Positions 21,997-34,504 of a DNA stretch of 46,446 nucleotides are shown here, in pieces. This DNA is from Octopus bimaculoides. Lineage: Eukaryota. The position numbers were made by a program, and so were the translations under genes. The notes under the pieces are model-generated. The model worked only from the letters and a program-made list of their open reading frames with translations, was not told the DNA's origin and did not search any database. How positions within the stretch are numbered: the first letter of the stretch is position 1; the number at the start of each line of letters is the position of its first letter. The stretch spans positions 122,569,834 through 122,616,279 of the forward strand of contig NC_068983.1 of NCBI RefSeq assembly GCF_001194135.2, written 5' to 3'.

Positions 21997-23186
21997 GGTT
22001 TAAAATTTTGGCACAAGGCCAACAGTTTTTGAGAGACGGAAGAAGTTGATTATAGAGACCCCAGTACTTAACGTGTACTTATTTTATCGACCCCGAAAAC
22101 TGAAAAGCGAAATCGACCTCGGCGGAAATTGAACTTAGAATGTTGAGACGGACGAAATGCCGCTAAGCATTTTCTCCAGCGTACGAACGATTCTGCCAGC
22201 ACATTGCCTTAATAATAATTTCAAAGCCAGTGATTTCGGGGGAGAGGTAAGTAGATTACATCCACTCCAGTACTCAGCTGGTACTATTTTATCGACGCAG
22301 AAAAAATAAAAGGCAAAATCGACGTCGGTGAAATTTGAACTCAGAACGTAAAGACGGGCGAAATGCTGTTAAACATTTTGCCTGGCGTGCTAACAGTTCT
22401 GTCAGCTTGCCGTCTAAAATAATAATAACAATGCTTTCGGCGATAGGCACAAGGCTTGAAGGGTTTATTTATTTATTAATTTTTTTTTTTTTGAGGTGGG
22501 GTGATCGATTATATCGACCCAGTGCTCAACTGGTACTTATTTCATGAACCACAAAAGGATGAAAAGCAAAGTCGGCCTCGGTGTAATTTGAACTCAGAAC
22601 GTAATGCCACTAAGCATTTTGCCCGGCATGCTAACGATTCTGTCAGCTCGCTGTTTGAATAATAATAATAATAATAATAATGATAATAATAATAATAATA
22701 ATAATAAAAATTTGGGCGCAAGGCCAGTAAGTTCGGGGAAGGGAGTGAGTTGAACATCGACCCTAACATTCAACTAGTACTTATTTTATCGACCCCCAAA
22801 GGATGAAAGATAAAGTCGACCTCAGCGGAATTTGAACTTGGAACGTGCAGGCGAACGAAATGCCGCTAAGCATTTTGCCTGACGTGCTAACGATTCTGCT
22901 AGAATAACTATAACAGCAATAACAACAACAAAAATAACAATCCTTTCTACTATAGGCGCAAGGCCCGAAATTTGGTGGGGAGGGGTAAATCGATTATATC
23001 GACCTCAATACGTAACTGGTACTTATTTAAGCGATCCTGAAAGGATTAAAGACAAAGTCTACCTCGGCGGAATTTGAACTCAGAACGTAAGGACGGACGA
23101 AATGCCATTAAGCATTTTGCTTGGCGTACTAACGATTCTGTCAGCTGGCCTTCTTAATAATAACAACAACGACGACGACGACGACG

Positions 23187-23224
<38 letters not shown>

Positions 23225-23349
23225 CCTTTCTACTATAGGCACAAGGCCTGAAATTTGGGGGAGGGGGAATGTCGATTACATTGACCCAGTACTCAATTGG
23301 TACTTATTTAGCTACCTCGAAAAGATGAAAGGTAAAGTCGACCTTTGTG

Positions 23350-23406
<57 letters not shown>

Positions 23407-24086
23407 AGGAAATCCCAAAATGGCTGAAGTTCAAAAGATAGTGCTCATGGGAACTGCCCATATCCTACGTAAAATACTGTCTATGTGATCTCAAATTTTA
23501 AAACAAACACACAATTTTCTTATGGTTTCTTAAACATTCTCTAGAACAACACTATGTACAAATCCAAATATATGGTACCCTAGGCATAACACCTACATGA
23601 ACTTCTAGCTTGTTGTCTCTTGAGGTCTCTGGGTGAGACTTGGATCCAACTTGTACAAATGCAAAACAAAAGTCAAACATAAAATAATAATAATAATAAT
23701 CCTTTTTACTATAGGCACAAGACTTGAAATTTGGGCGGGAGGACTAGTTAATTACAACTGTTCCATTGTATAACTAGTACTTATTTCATCGACCTCGAAA
23801 GGATGAAAGGCAAAGTCGACCTCGCCGGAATTTGAACTCAGAACGTAAAAACGGACGAAATGCCGTTAAGCAATAGTTTATAACAATAGTTTCAGATTTT
23901 GCTACAAGGGCAGCAATTTTGGGGGAGGTGTGAGTCGATGGTATCGACCCCCAGTGTTCAACTGAAATTAATTTTATCGACCTCAGAGGGATGAAAGACA
24001 AAGATGATTTCGGTAGAATTTGAAATCTGAACGTAAAGAACCGGAAAAAATACTGTTATGCATTTTGCCCGACACTCTAACGATTC
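21997..24086 (-). mobile_element. Array of eight head-to-tail tRNA-SINE copies separated by (AAT)/(AAC)n
   Basis: Repeated GGCACAAGG..TCGACCC..GGTACTTATTT..GAATTTGAACTCAGAACGT..GCTAACGATTCTG units; the sixth is truncated at ~23350. Confidence 0.88.
23406..23690 (+). mobile_element. 5'-truncated Dong/R4-like LINE 3' end inserted in (AAT)n
   Basis: GNPKMAEVQKIVLMGTAHILRKILSM* (stop 23486-23488), 3' UTR, and (AAT)n on both sides. Confidence 0.8.
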
Positions 24087-24808
24087 AATAATAATAATAA
24101 TGGTAGAGTGGGAGTTGAAAGAGCAATTTTATACTTACAGTGAAAAGAGATGGTCACTATCAAGGAAAGAAGCGCTGACCAGTTCATGCTCTACTTCTGT
24201 ATTGAGGCTTTTTGGTCAGATGGATAAATTTCTTATAACTATTGCATGCGGCATCTACGATAATGCACTCTTAATCTGAATCACAGTGCACTAACAGACA
24301 CTTAGTAAATATATCCAGATTTGGTTGAGGTACGAGTCTGTGCAAATATGTTTCTTTATATAGTTTGTAAGTTAATGGAAGTGATATTTATGTTTATGTA
24401 TGTATACTAATGACTGTATGCCTGTACATGTTTATGGGTGTGGATAATGCATAGGTGTATAAAATCTGCATCAATGGACTGAAAGATGAAGGCCTCAGTC
24501 TATGTATATCTGGATGTATCAATGTAAAGAGTGTTGTATTTGTATGTTATGTGTTAGATTGTAGAGCTCTGGGTTTCTATCTGTGTCATTGACAACTGTA
24601 TGGGAATAGAGTGAGATGTGAACTGATGGTGTGTATGTATTTAGATGTCAACATATGTATTTTTATGTTTATATAAATGTGTATTTACATGACTTGGGAC
24701 CACGATTAAATGTATATGTGAGCATATGTGATGCAGGCATCTATTTCTATGTGTTTGTGAACCCTCTTTACATGTATGTTTGCCTGTGTATGTTTATGGT
24801 AAGTATTG

Positions 24809-24839
<31 letters not shown>

Positions 24840-25405
24840 TTTAACGATGTGCAGGACAGAATGGGTACCTCGGTCTTTTGCTTGAATGGTTACTTGCATT
24901 CCTTTTCCTGTGCCCTATCGTTGTGGCATTCAATTCTTGAAATAAAGTAATTTAATTATATAAACGAGAAATGGTATGGCAAGAATGAACTAATGAAACT
25001 TGGTGGGGGCTATAGTAGTTCCACGTCTATTGCTAGTACTCTGCTTCCACCCCAACTTCTGCCATTGCCATCCAATTCCTCTGCATCTGCTCATACTGCT
25101 GCTGCTGATTATAGTGGCGGTACCGTTTTTTCTCCAGCTTTCCTTTTCTTATCTTCCCTTCTCTTGTTGCTCCTTCATTTCATTCCAGCTTTGATATTTT
25201 TCTCATACATTTAATTTAAACTTTAAAACAAAAATGGAAAGGAATAAAGAAAATGCAAGAGGAAATAGTGAATCAAATCTACTATATTTGACATTGCAAT
25301 TTTGTTATTCACGACTTAATTTAACAACAGGAACTCTTTCTTGAAATACATTTCCAGCAACTCACCGAGATTGGCGCACCCTTAGTTCTTAAAATTTATT
25401 TCGAT

Positions 25406-25472
<67 letters not shown>

Positions 25473-25689
25473 TCTTACATATATGCTTTCATACACATAT
25501 ATATACACATACATACGTACGTACGTACGCATGTATGTATGTATGTATGTATGTATGTATGTATGTATGTATGTATGTATGTATGCATGTATGTATGAGG
25601 ATCGACAACAAAACAAAACACAAATGAAAACAAAAACATCAAAGAGGAAAAAACTTAGTCCTAGAAAAATGGCACACGCGTACAGACGT

Positions 25690-26330
25690 TCAGCTAGATG
25701 CACGTGAAGAAACAGGCCAGTCAGGGGAAGCTGGCTTCGGGGATGGTCTCCGATGCAGTCACAGAAGCAACTGCATACCACAATCAGGTGGGTCACGCTC
25801 ACGACAGCAGCCCTCGTTGCTCACGACCACCAGGATCATGAGAAATGTGAGAAATTTTGTGTATATATTCGTGGTTATCAATGTGGAGTCTTCGACAAGC
25901 CACTTGCTGCCCTTCCTGTTCCAAGTGGAAGGTCTCACAGTTGAATCAGAGCATGACGAAATGGCTGAGCTTGTTCAGCAAGCGCATTGACTGAATCACA
26001 CGGTTCTCTTGGGTCTTGCCGGATATAGACTGTCATCAACACGTCGCAGTTTTACTGGAGCATAAAAATCTGTTAGTTGACCACTTTGAGCTACTCGGCG
26101 ATGGTCCACATCGACCTGTTGAAATTGTTGTTGATGACGTCCTGTGGCCTACTGTTGCTAAGAATGTTCCTTCTTTTTGACTACGGATGGTGTACTCACC
26201 AAAGGTCTCTAGCTCTTTTCCGACCGTAAATACAAAGGATCTCGGCGGCTGGAACCATGAATACGGCATGTCTATTACTTTCTTGTGCTGCATTAGAATC
26301 TTCCATTCGATGCTGTCGATGTCTCATAAA
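25690..26330 (-). pseudogene. Decayed Tc1/mariner-superfamily transposase fragment
   Basis: Frameshifted pieces including FLTFLMILVVVSNEG (MxLGVVSxEG motif) and upstream HTH-like remnants. No TIRs found. Confidence 0.5.
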
Positions 26331-26382
26331 GAGATTAAGTTAAAATTTGGCACAAGCCGTGTAAGATTACTTCTATTTATAG

Positions 26383-26423
<41 letters not shown>

Positions 26424-26424
<1 letters not shown>

Positions 26425-27644
26425 GAGGATGAGCTGAAAAGTTTGTAGGATGACTATGAAGGAGTGAAGCTAGAGCAGTGAAATCTTGCATACATTAATT
26501 TCAGATCCTCTTATTAACAACTGCATTGTTTCTTTTCAGGCAAACTAACATCTGATTTTCAAAGAAGACTTCAAAAGTTACTAGTAGCAACTTCTCTTGA
26601 AAATGGACAAAATTTGGCATCATACTGTCCAGCACCTGCAGTAAAAAGCTTTACCCAGCAAGGACATTCATACTGACATCGTTGCTGCATTAGGGGTTGA
26701 TGCTCCAGCTTTATCATCAGTGCAAAAATGGACAGCTGAATTTGAAGAGGAGATCGGAGTGTCTTGAAGATGACTCAAGGTATGGACATCCTGAAATTGC
26801 CACTTTCGAGGAAAATATTGAGCATAAATCAAACAGCCACTGCAATTAGCATATCCCGAGAGAGAGTTGAGAATATTCTGCACAGTGAACTGGTATGACA
26901 AAGGTTTCTGCTTGGTGGGCGCCACATTTTCTGATACCTGATCAAAAGCGCACCAGGCTGACCATATCATGGGGAAATCTAACACTGTTTCAGACAGATC
27001 CAGCTGGTTTCCTTGAACGTTTCTTAAGCCAGGATGAGTGTTAGGCTTCATTACTTTGAGCCAGAGAAAATGAGACAATTGATGTAGTGGAAACACCCCT
27101 CCTCACTTGCTCCAAAGAAGGTCAAGGTAGTTTCATCTGTAGTGAAGGTGATGACTTTAGGCTTTTTGGGATGCAAAGGGCCTTGTGTTTAATGACTATC
27201 GTGAAAAGGGCCAACTTGCTAACGCAGTTATGAAGGGCTATCAAGACTATACACCCAGGAAAAATGACGAAAGGGCTCTTGCTTTATCAGGACAATGCTC
27301 CAGCATATAAGTTCTTTGTTCCAGTGGCTGTTGTGTGTACCAGTGGCTTTGAACTGGTTGATCATCGTCCCTATTTCCTGATGTGGCTCCATCTATCACT
27401 TGTTGCCCAACATGAAAAAAAAACACTTTGCTGGGAACCAGAATTGCAGTAATGAAGACAACATATCTTCTATTGACTTTTATGACCAACAGGGTGAAAG
27501 CTTCTTCATCAATGAAATCCAAGCACTGCAACACCGATGAAAGAAGTGTGTGAACCGCAAGGGGAACTATATTGAAAAATAAGCCTCATTTGGTCACATT
27601 CCGTGAGAGTATCTTGGACAGCCTATGAACTTTTCAGCCGATCT

Positions 27645-27647
<3 letters not shown>
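26424..27647 (+). mobile_element. Near full-length decayed mariner (Hsmar2/irritans-like TIR)
   Basis: TIRs CGAGGATGAGCTGAAAAGTT / AACTTTTCAGCCGATCTTCG, left TA, flanked by (CA)n and (GT)n. Confidence 0.92.
26603..27582 (+). pseudogene. Mariner transposase pseudogene
   Basis: MDKIW..DAPALSSVQKWTAEF, KVSAWWAPHFLIPDQKR (WVPxLL-like), FWDAKG, QDNAPAYK, GFELVDHRPY, YIEK*. Many stops and frameshifts. Confidence 0.9.
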
Positions 27648-27707
<60 letters not shown>

Positions 27708-27901
27708 NNNNNNNNNNNNNNNNNNNNNNNNNNNNNNNNNNNNNNNNNNNNNNNNNNNNNNNNNNNNNNNNNNNNNNNNNNNNNNNNNNNNNNNNNNNNN
27801 NNNNNNNNNNNNNNNNNNNNNNNNNNNNNNNNNNNNNNNNNNNNNNNNNNNNNNNNNNNNNNNNNNNNNNNNNNNNNNNTATATATATATGCATGTATGT
27901 G

Positions 27902-27954
<53 letters not shown>

Positions 27955-28020
27955 ACATATACACACAAACACACACACATATATATATGTATATATATTG
28001 AGAGAGAGAGAGAGAGAGAG

Positions 28021-28052
<32 letters not shown>

Positions 28053-28056
<4 letters not shown>

Positions 28057-28726
28057 TACTAGTTTTAAATTTCTGAGCGAGAAATATGTAGTAACAGTAC
28101 CGTACTGTAAAGTCTATTTGCCAACGCAACGTGACAGTCCTACATAGGACGATGTTACTACTTTTTAGCCCCAGGTAAACATCTTTTCCAGCTGGCTACC
28201 GATACATGATCCGCGTCCGTACACTGTGAGCAAGGGAGTCCACTGCTCCCTTTCTAACCGCTACGGCTTTCTCACTCAGAGATTTAAAACTAGTACTTAC
28301 GAGACCAGCGGTTGTGTCGTTTTAAAAGTACATACTGTGAACAAGGGCGAATGACTGCTATCTCTAACCGGCGGTTGTCCTGTACTGACAAAGGGAAATT
28401 ATCCAGAAACCATTGGTCTACAGGTATCACCACGGCTAGAAAGGAAGCGGTAAACTCCCTTGCTCACAGTATACGGACAGAGATTGTGTGTCGGTAGACA
28501 GCTGGAAAAGATGTTTTCCTTGGATTAAAAAGTAGTAACATCATCCTATGTAGGACTGCTACGTTGCGTTGGCAAATAGACTTGACTGTACAGTACTGTT
28601 ACTACATATTTCTCGCTCAGAGATTTAAAACTAGTAGTTTTTCTCTCAACGAGATCAGCCACTGTGTGTCGCTGTAAAAGTATATACTGTGAGCAAGAGC
28701 TAGTGACTACCATCTCTAGCCAGCGG
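28053..28726. repeat. Fold-back / rearranged MITE-like structure
   Basis: ~208-bp inverted arms 28053-28260 and 28432-28640, plus ~105-115-bp direct repeats 28271-28374 and 28612-28726. Confidence 0.85.
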
Positions 28727-31700
28727 AGAAAAGCCAGCAAACGCAGAGGAGAAAGAAAAGCAAACGGCAAAGCCAACAAAAGTTGCGGAAGAAACCGAAC
28801 AAACAAGACAAGTAAAACAAGAAATAATACAAAACACAGAAGGCGAAGAGATGGAATTTACCACTGTAAAATCCCCAAAAAGGAAAAAGCCACAGTCCCA
28901 GACTCTCCACCCCAAATAAAGAAAACAACAAAAACAAATACAGACACACAAGAAAAAACTCCCCACACCATCACCTTGTTAAAACCCATTTCCCAATCCG
29001 ACCCCAAAACACAGAACAAAATTGTGTCATTTAATGACAACAACCCACCACTCTCCAGAATTATTCGAGCCCACTATATGGCTCAAGTATACAAAGCTAG
29101 TAAAGACATGCCGCCTCACATCAGGATTGCCAGGATGGAAGTGGCCTTATGTACAGAATTGAAAAGTAGGTATTCCGATGATATCAAGGACGTTAGCCAA
29201 GAGTTGACTGGCAAAAGTTTTATGGTGAGTCCAGTGGTTACACCACAGAAGTAAAAGGATGCGGAGGAGGCTGATTTCGTGCAACCCCGTGCCCAAAACT
29301 AAGAATGTAAGTACGATTTACTATGGAGATTAAGCTAGGGTGCATAAATGCGCATGGCCTAGGGTCGAAATGGAAACAAACTTGTCTCCTGAACGACTTA
29401 GGTCACTAGATATAGATGTGTGTGTTGCAACAGAGTCAAAGCTGAGCGGGCCACAAGCGTTCTCGCCCCTTCTAAATGTCTATGAGAAATTTATTTCTCC
29501 TAGACAGCGGGGGAAGGCGGAGTGGTCTTATTCAGGAAAAAAACTTGGACGTGCAGGTAAGTACAGTCTTTCTGGATCCAGAAGGTAGGCTGGTCGTTTT
29601 GGATAAACAACGTAATAAACAACCCTTCAGGCTGGTAGCTGTCTACGCACCGAAACAGTGTAGACAGGCTAGTTTTTACCGGGACCTGGAGAGTTTCTCA
29701 GTGACGTCAAAAAACTCTAGTTGCACAAGGAGACTTTAACACTATTCTCGACACACGAGTGGATAGTGTTATCTCAACCGATAGAAAAGGAAGCCCTGAC
29801 CTCAAAAGGCTACTAGAGAGCTATAATCTAGTAGACCAGTATAGACTGGATGAACCGCTCGTTCCACAATGGACGTGGTCTAATAACGACGATTCACTCA
29901 GATCTTATATAGATAGGATATTCGTTAGAGATAGAGATAAGGATACGTTAAGTTGTCTTCGCTTTTGTTGTTCCCCCTACACGGATCACAAGTTTGTGAA
30001 GTGTAGGGTGTACCTAGTTAAGTGCCATAGGCAGGGACCAGGGTACTGGAAGATTAACAAGTCTATTTTGACTTGTAAAACCTTCCGTGCCCAGGCATTA
30101 ACCGGCACCATTATTAATAATAGGTGGTGGTGTACCCTCAAACGAGCCATTCGTTCTGAGTCTATTAGATTTAGAAAGCAGTTAAGTCTAGATAAGACTA
30201 AAATAGAAGAGACTTAAAGAATTAGATGAGGCCATGGAATTTGGCTCTGCACCCAGAGTAGTGGCGGCGAAAGCAGTTTTTTACCGTCATCTCAAAGCCA
30301 AACACGAAGGGTGTAGAGTCAGAGCTAAACTTTGTGCGGTGGGGAGAGAAGGTATTAACGTTGTCGGACGGGCACGTCGTGTGGAGAGTCGGAGAGGCAG
30401 AGAAGCCTCTGTTAAATCTTTAACAGACGAACAGGGACGTTCGATAGAAAGACAGGAGAAGATGCTAAAGGCTTTTCACCAGCATTTCGTCCAGTTGTTC
30501 GGCACGGGAGGCGGAATGCTGTGAAGGGTCGATTACGGCTACGGAGGTTGAAGAGGTACTGGCTGAGTGCGCCAGGGACAAATCGCCGGGGCTTGATGGT
30601 CTGTCCTATGAATTTCATTGTAGTATGCCGGACTTGTTCGGGCACTTGCTAGCCGGCGTCTACACAAACTGGCAGCAGAATAGGAGGATTCCTAGCTCTG
30701 TGACTCGGAGAGTGGTGACGCTGATCAGAAAAGACCCAAGCAAGGGGAACTATATCAGTAATTTTAGGCCCATAACTCTACTTAGCGTAGAGTTAAAGAT
30801 TTTGGCTAAGGTGCTAGCTAAGAGGTTGTCACGTGTCGCGGAGAAACTTGTTGGGAGGGTGAAGACATGCGCTATCCCAGGCAGGTCAATCCAGGAAAAT
30901 CTCCATCTCCTGCGCTACACCTTAGGTGGGTAAGTTATCCGGTAAAGGTGGAGCACTGGTTAATTTAAGCCAAAGTAAAGCTTTCGATAGGGTAGACCAC
31001 CAATACCTGGCGGTGGTCTTCGAGGAAGTTTGGCTGGATCCGGACTTCCGTGGTTGGATCATTGCCAGTCATAACGGCATCAAATCTACAGTTCAGATAA
31101 ACGGTTACCAGTCGGTACAGTTTAGAATAGAGCTCTCGGTGCGTCAGGGGTTCCCCCTGTCTCCGCTTCTGAACGTATTGGCTCTTGAGCCATTGCTGCG
31201 GAGGCTGGAGAGTTTTTTGGGGAGGGTATCCCCAATGAATTGGGATGTAGTAAGTCTGTTTCTGCAAATGCGGATGACGTTACCATCACCGTATCTGATG
31301 ACGCTCTGCTACATTTTGTAGAGGATGCAATCAAAGGATACGAGCGGTGGAAGGGGCAAAAATTAACAAGGACAAGTCCATCGGCTTGCGGATCGGCACC
31401 TGGAATGTCAAGACAATACCGTCCAGTGTCGTGGGACGGAGAAGAATTGGAGTGAGGTGGAGGCCTTAATCCGGACCTGGTCTGCAAGGGCGCTATCCCT
31501 GAAAGAGAGGGCGGAGGTGGTGCAGGTGTATATTGCATGCTCTCACCTACCGTTTGACCGTTGTCCCTTGCTCTGATTCATGGCTAAACAAGCTGGAACG
31601 CCTTCTCTTCCGCTTTTCGTGGAGGAAAGGAAAACCGCCTGTGAAGCGTTTTGTTTGCTGCCAAAAACCGCTAAAAGGTGGGTTAGGGATGCTGTGGCTG

Positions 31701-32205
31701 ATGATGCGCAAACATGCGCTGAGGCTGAGGAACCTCTGGCTCTACCTGGAGGATGACCAGGTGTGGAATCCGCTGGCGGAGACATTCTTTCCGTAGCGGG
31801 CCCCCTTGGAGGAATTCAAACCGAACTTCATAAAAAGACGGAACTTGACTGAATGGCAAAAAGAATGCCGACGGGCACTCGTGCTAATCCACAAGGCGGG
31901 CAAGGCCGGCAGCGGGAGTACCACCTCGATACTCTATACCGGGCTGGTAGAGTTCAAGAAGGATGACGTCCTAGGAGAAGCTCTGGGGCTCGATGAGGGC
32001 CAGCTAGCCAACCTGTTTCAAAGAACTTTCGGGTCGGGGTACCCGGAAAACTACCAGAAATCCCTGACCTGGCTGTGCTATAGGAGTGCTTTACCTGTTC
32101 GTGATAAACTGTCTAAGCATGGGATGTCTGTGCCACCGGCATGCCTAAGGTACGGGCAGGATGATGAAACCGTTCTGCACGCCTTTATACAGTGCCCGGA
32201 GCACC
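28727..32205 (+). mobile_element. Tx1/L1-clade LINE, decayed and 3'-truncated (ORF1 remnant plus APE-RT-zinc finger ORF2)
   Basis: APE GCINAHGLGS, SYIDRIFV, TDHKFV; RT NFRPITLLSVELKILAKVLAKRL, KAFDRVDH, RQGFPLSPLL, ANADDV; GGLGM thumb; ACLRYGQDDETVLHAFIQC finger at the end. Confidence 0.92.
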
Positions 32206-32315
32206 TCTATGTAAAATTCGGCACCTCTTACCAAATAATCACAGAAAACGCACATGGGAAGTTCGTTTACAAAAAACATTATGAAGTTATAGTTATTGAA
32301 GTTGAGTGGGAAAAG

Positions 32316-32396
32316 CCAGTGTGTACGTTAGTGTAAATGATAGCACACATGTCGCGAATACATAGAGGTGTGGGTTCAAGTTCCATGCATACGGCA
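32316..32396 (+). pseudogene. tRNA-like sequence with a downstream T7 terminator
   Basis: A-box-like TTAGTGTAAATGATAGCAC, stem CATGT-7nt-ACAT, GGTTCAAGTTCC, acceptor-like GCCAGTGTG/CATACGGC, and TTTTTTT at ~32405. Confidence 0.5.
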
Positions 32397-32561
32397 AACT
32401 CTACTTTTTTTCTGTCAAGAGCTTATATGCCCCAATATTAGACTATTTACCTTAGTCAATGCACGGTGATCGCTTATAAACTTATGAAAATATTATTATT
32501 TACAGATTGTAAAATTCGGCTTACCAAATAATCGCAGAATATATGTGTGTATGTATATACG

Positions 32562-32585
<24 letters not shown>

Positions 32586-32592
<7 letters not shown>

Positions 32593-33677
32593 AACACTTC
32601 TATCGCCATTATATACAAACAAACCATCTTCTCTCACTATAAATATTGACAGACGCGAGCGTAGTAGAAAGCAACTCATTCCCTGTCATCACCTGACTGA
32701 CTAGTTCTTTGCGCGGGTAAATTATCTCCTCCATTCCCGCCAGGACGCAAACTGACCAATCACAGCCCCTAATAAGGTCACGTGATAGTATTTTTCTAAT
32801 GCTTCTCTGGAGCCTACCTTCAGCTATAAATAGACTAAATTATACCCGCCAAATCGTCGCGCTTCAGATCTCCTTTGAGATCTGGTCGTTGACCACACAT
32901 ACGCGTAACACAGCCAGCCAGTTTCCAGCGACGACATCAATACCATCGTACAACTACGAACTACAAGCATCGCCCCCGACGTCGCCAGCAGCAACACGAC
33001 TCTAAGTACTACCAGCATCGCCGCCAGCGTCAACACGACACTACGACTACCAGCACCGCCGCCAGCGTCAACATGACTCTATACGTACACAAGCTACCAA
33101 CAGCTAACTGCAGCACTTCTAACCCTGTTTGTGTGATTCACTTCACCACTATAAATAACAGCCAAGAACTCAGCCTACGAAGGACATCTGTATTCAAGAA
33201 CCCGGCTTGGCATAGAAGCCACAACATCACAACTAGTGATCGCTCTGCCCCACACGCCTTAACTTCTTATATACAGACCCTTACCACCGTGTACTCTAAG
33301 AACTGGTATCTTAAATTCTTATACGTGTTACTGACTCTATTCTATACTATGTATCTCTCGCATACACATACATGTATTACTTACACACACTCTTTTTTGT
33401 TTACATGACGGCCTGTCTATAATGTGTTTTATTATGTCGCATTCACTCACACACAGACATACAATTTAATGCTACAATAAATCTTACTGTTATTCATCTC
33501 ATACGGTTGCGTCCTATCTTGTCCTTCCAGGCATTTACGAATTCTCTATGTTATCGAAGTATAACATACATATATATCATTTGATATATTTTGTGTTCGA
33601 CCGTGTGACGCGTTAAATAAAGGAGCCTGTTTTTCCATTCGTCACCATTTCTCCTTTTGGGTTCGCACGGTCGTTCT

Positions 33678-33681
<4 letters not shown>
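32586..33681 (+). mobile_element. Solo LTR (family A, subfamily 2, copy 3) in (TA)n
   Basis: TGTAGTGAA..CGTTCTTA(T)A, homologous to 5042-6221, flanked by (TA)n on both sides. Confidence 0.85.
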
Positions 33682-33711
<30 letters not shown>

Positions 33712-34504
33712 CATACATATATATCTGTATATACACTTATATATATATGCACATATGTGTGTGTGTGGGGGGGCATTATGCCGATAATAATAATCACACG
33801 CACTGGTTTATTGTTATTGTAAGTTAATGGGTTAATTACTCTTTTAACCAATTTATCGATCAGCTGTCTTTTACTATAGTTTTTCAAACTCATATGTTAA
33901 ACACTTTGGTCAAACAGTTAATCGTTCAAACATTCAGTATTGTTAGTGTTGTCATTTCTTTTTTCGTCTAATAATTATTTCATCGCATTGTTGCAATCTC
34001 TTCAGTGACTCGTCCCTCTACTGCCATTTCTTTTGAGCTTATGTTCCAGCGTTGGGATTCGTCCGAGATTTGTCCAAGATTAGTATGTGAGTGTGTGTAT
34101 GACTGCATGTGTGTCTTTTAATACATAAGTGTGTGCATCTGTATGTGTGTGTGTGTGTGTTTTAAATACTATGTCATTTTTCATATACATAAGATAGCGG
34201 TTTTGGTTTTCTCTTTGTTTTATTCGCAAACGCACACGTTCATCCATATAACGTTTCTCTCAAAGACAGTTAAACCGTCTTCTTTGATAAATGTCGAATA
34301 AATTTATATCTATCTGAGCTGTGAGCATGCGTATGCGTGCGCGTGTCTATGTGTATGGGAGGGCATGTGTGTCTGTGTTTGCGTGTACATCTGTGTGTGT
34401 GTGAGAGTGTCTGTGTCTCAGTGTGTCTTTATGTGTGTGTATGTGTTTGCATTCATATGCGTGTGAGTTCCTGTGTTCCTGTTATTCGATTACTTTGTAT
34501 TTCC

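Noticed and set aside
24440-24520. GACTGA..TCAGTC hairpin with a CTGAAAGA core-like word
   Set aside because: Lacks the GAAA box and stems needed for a hammerhead.
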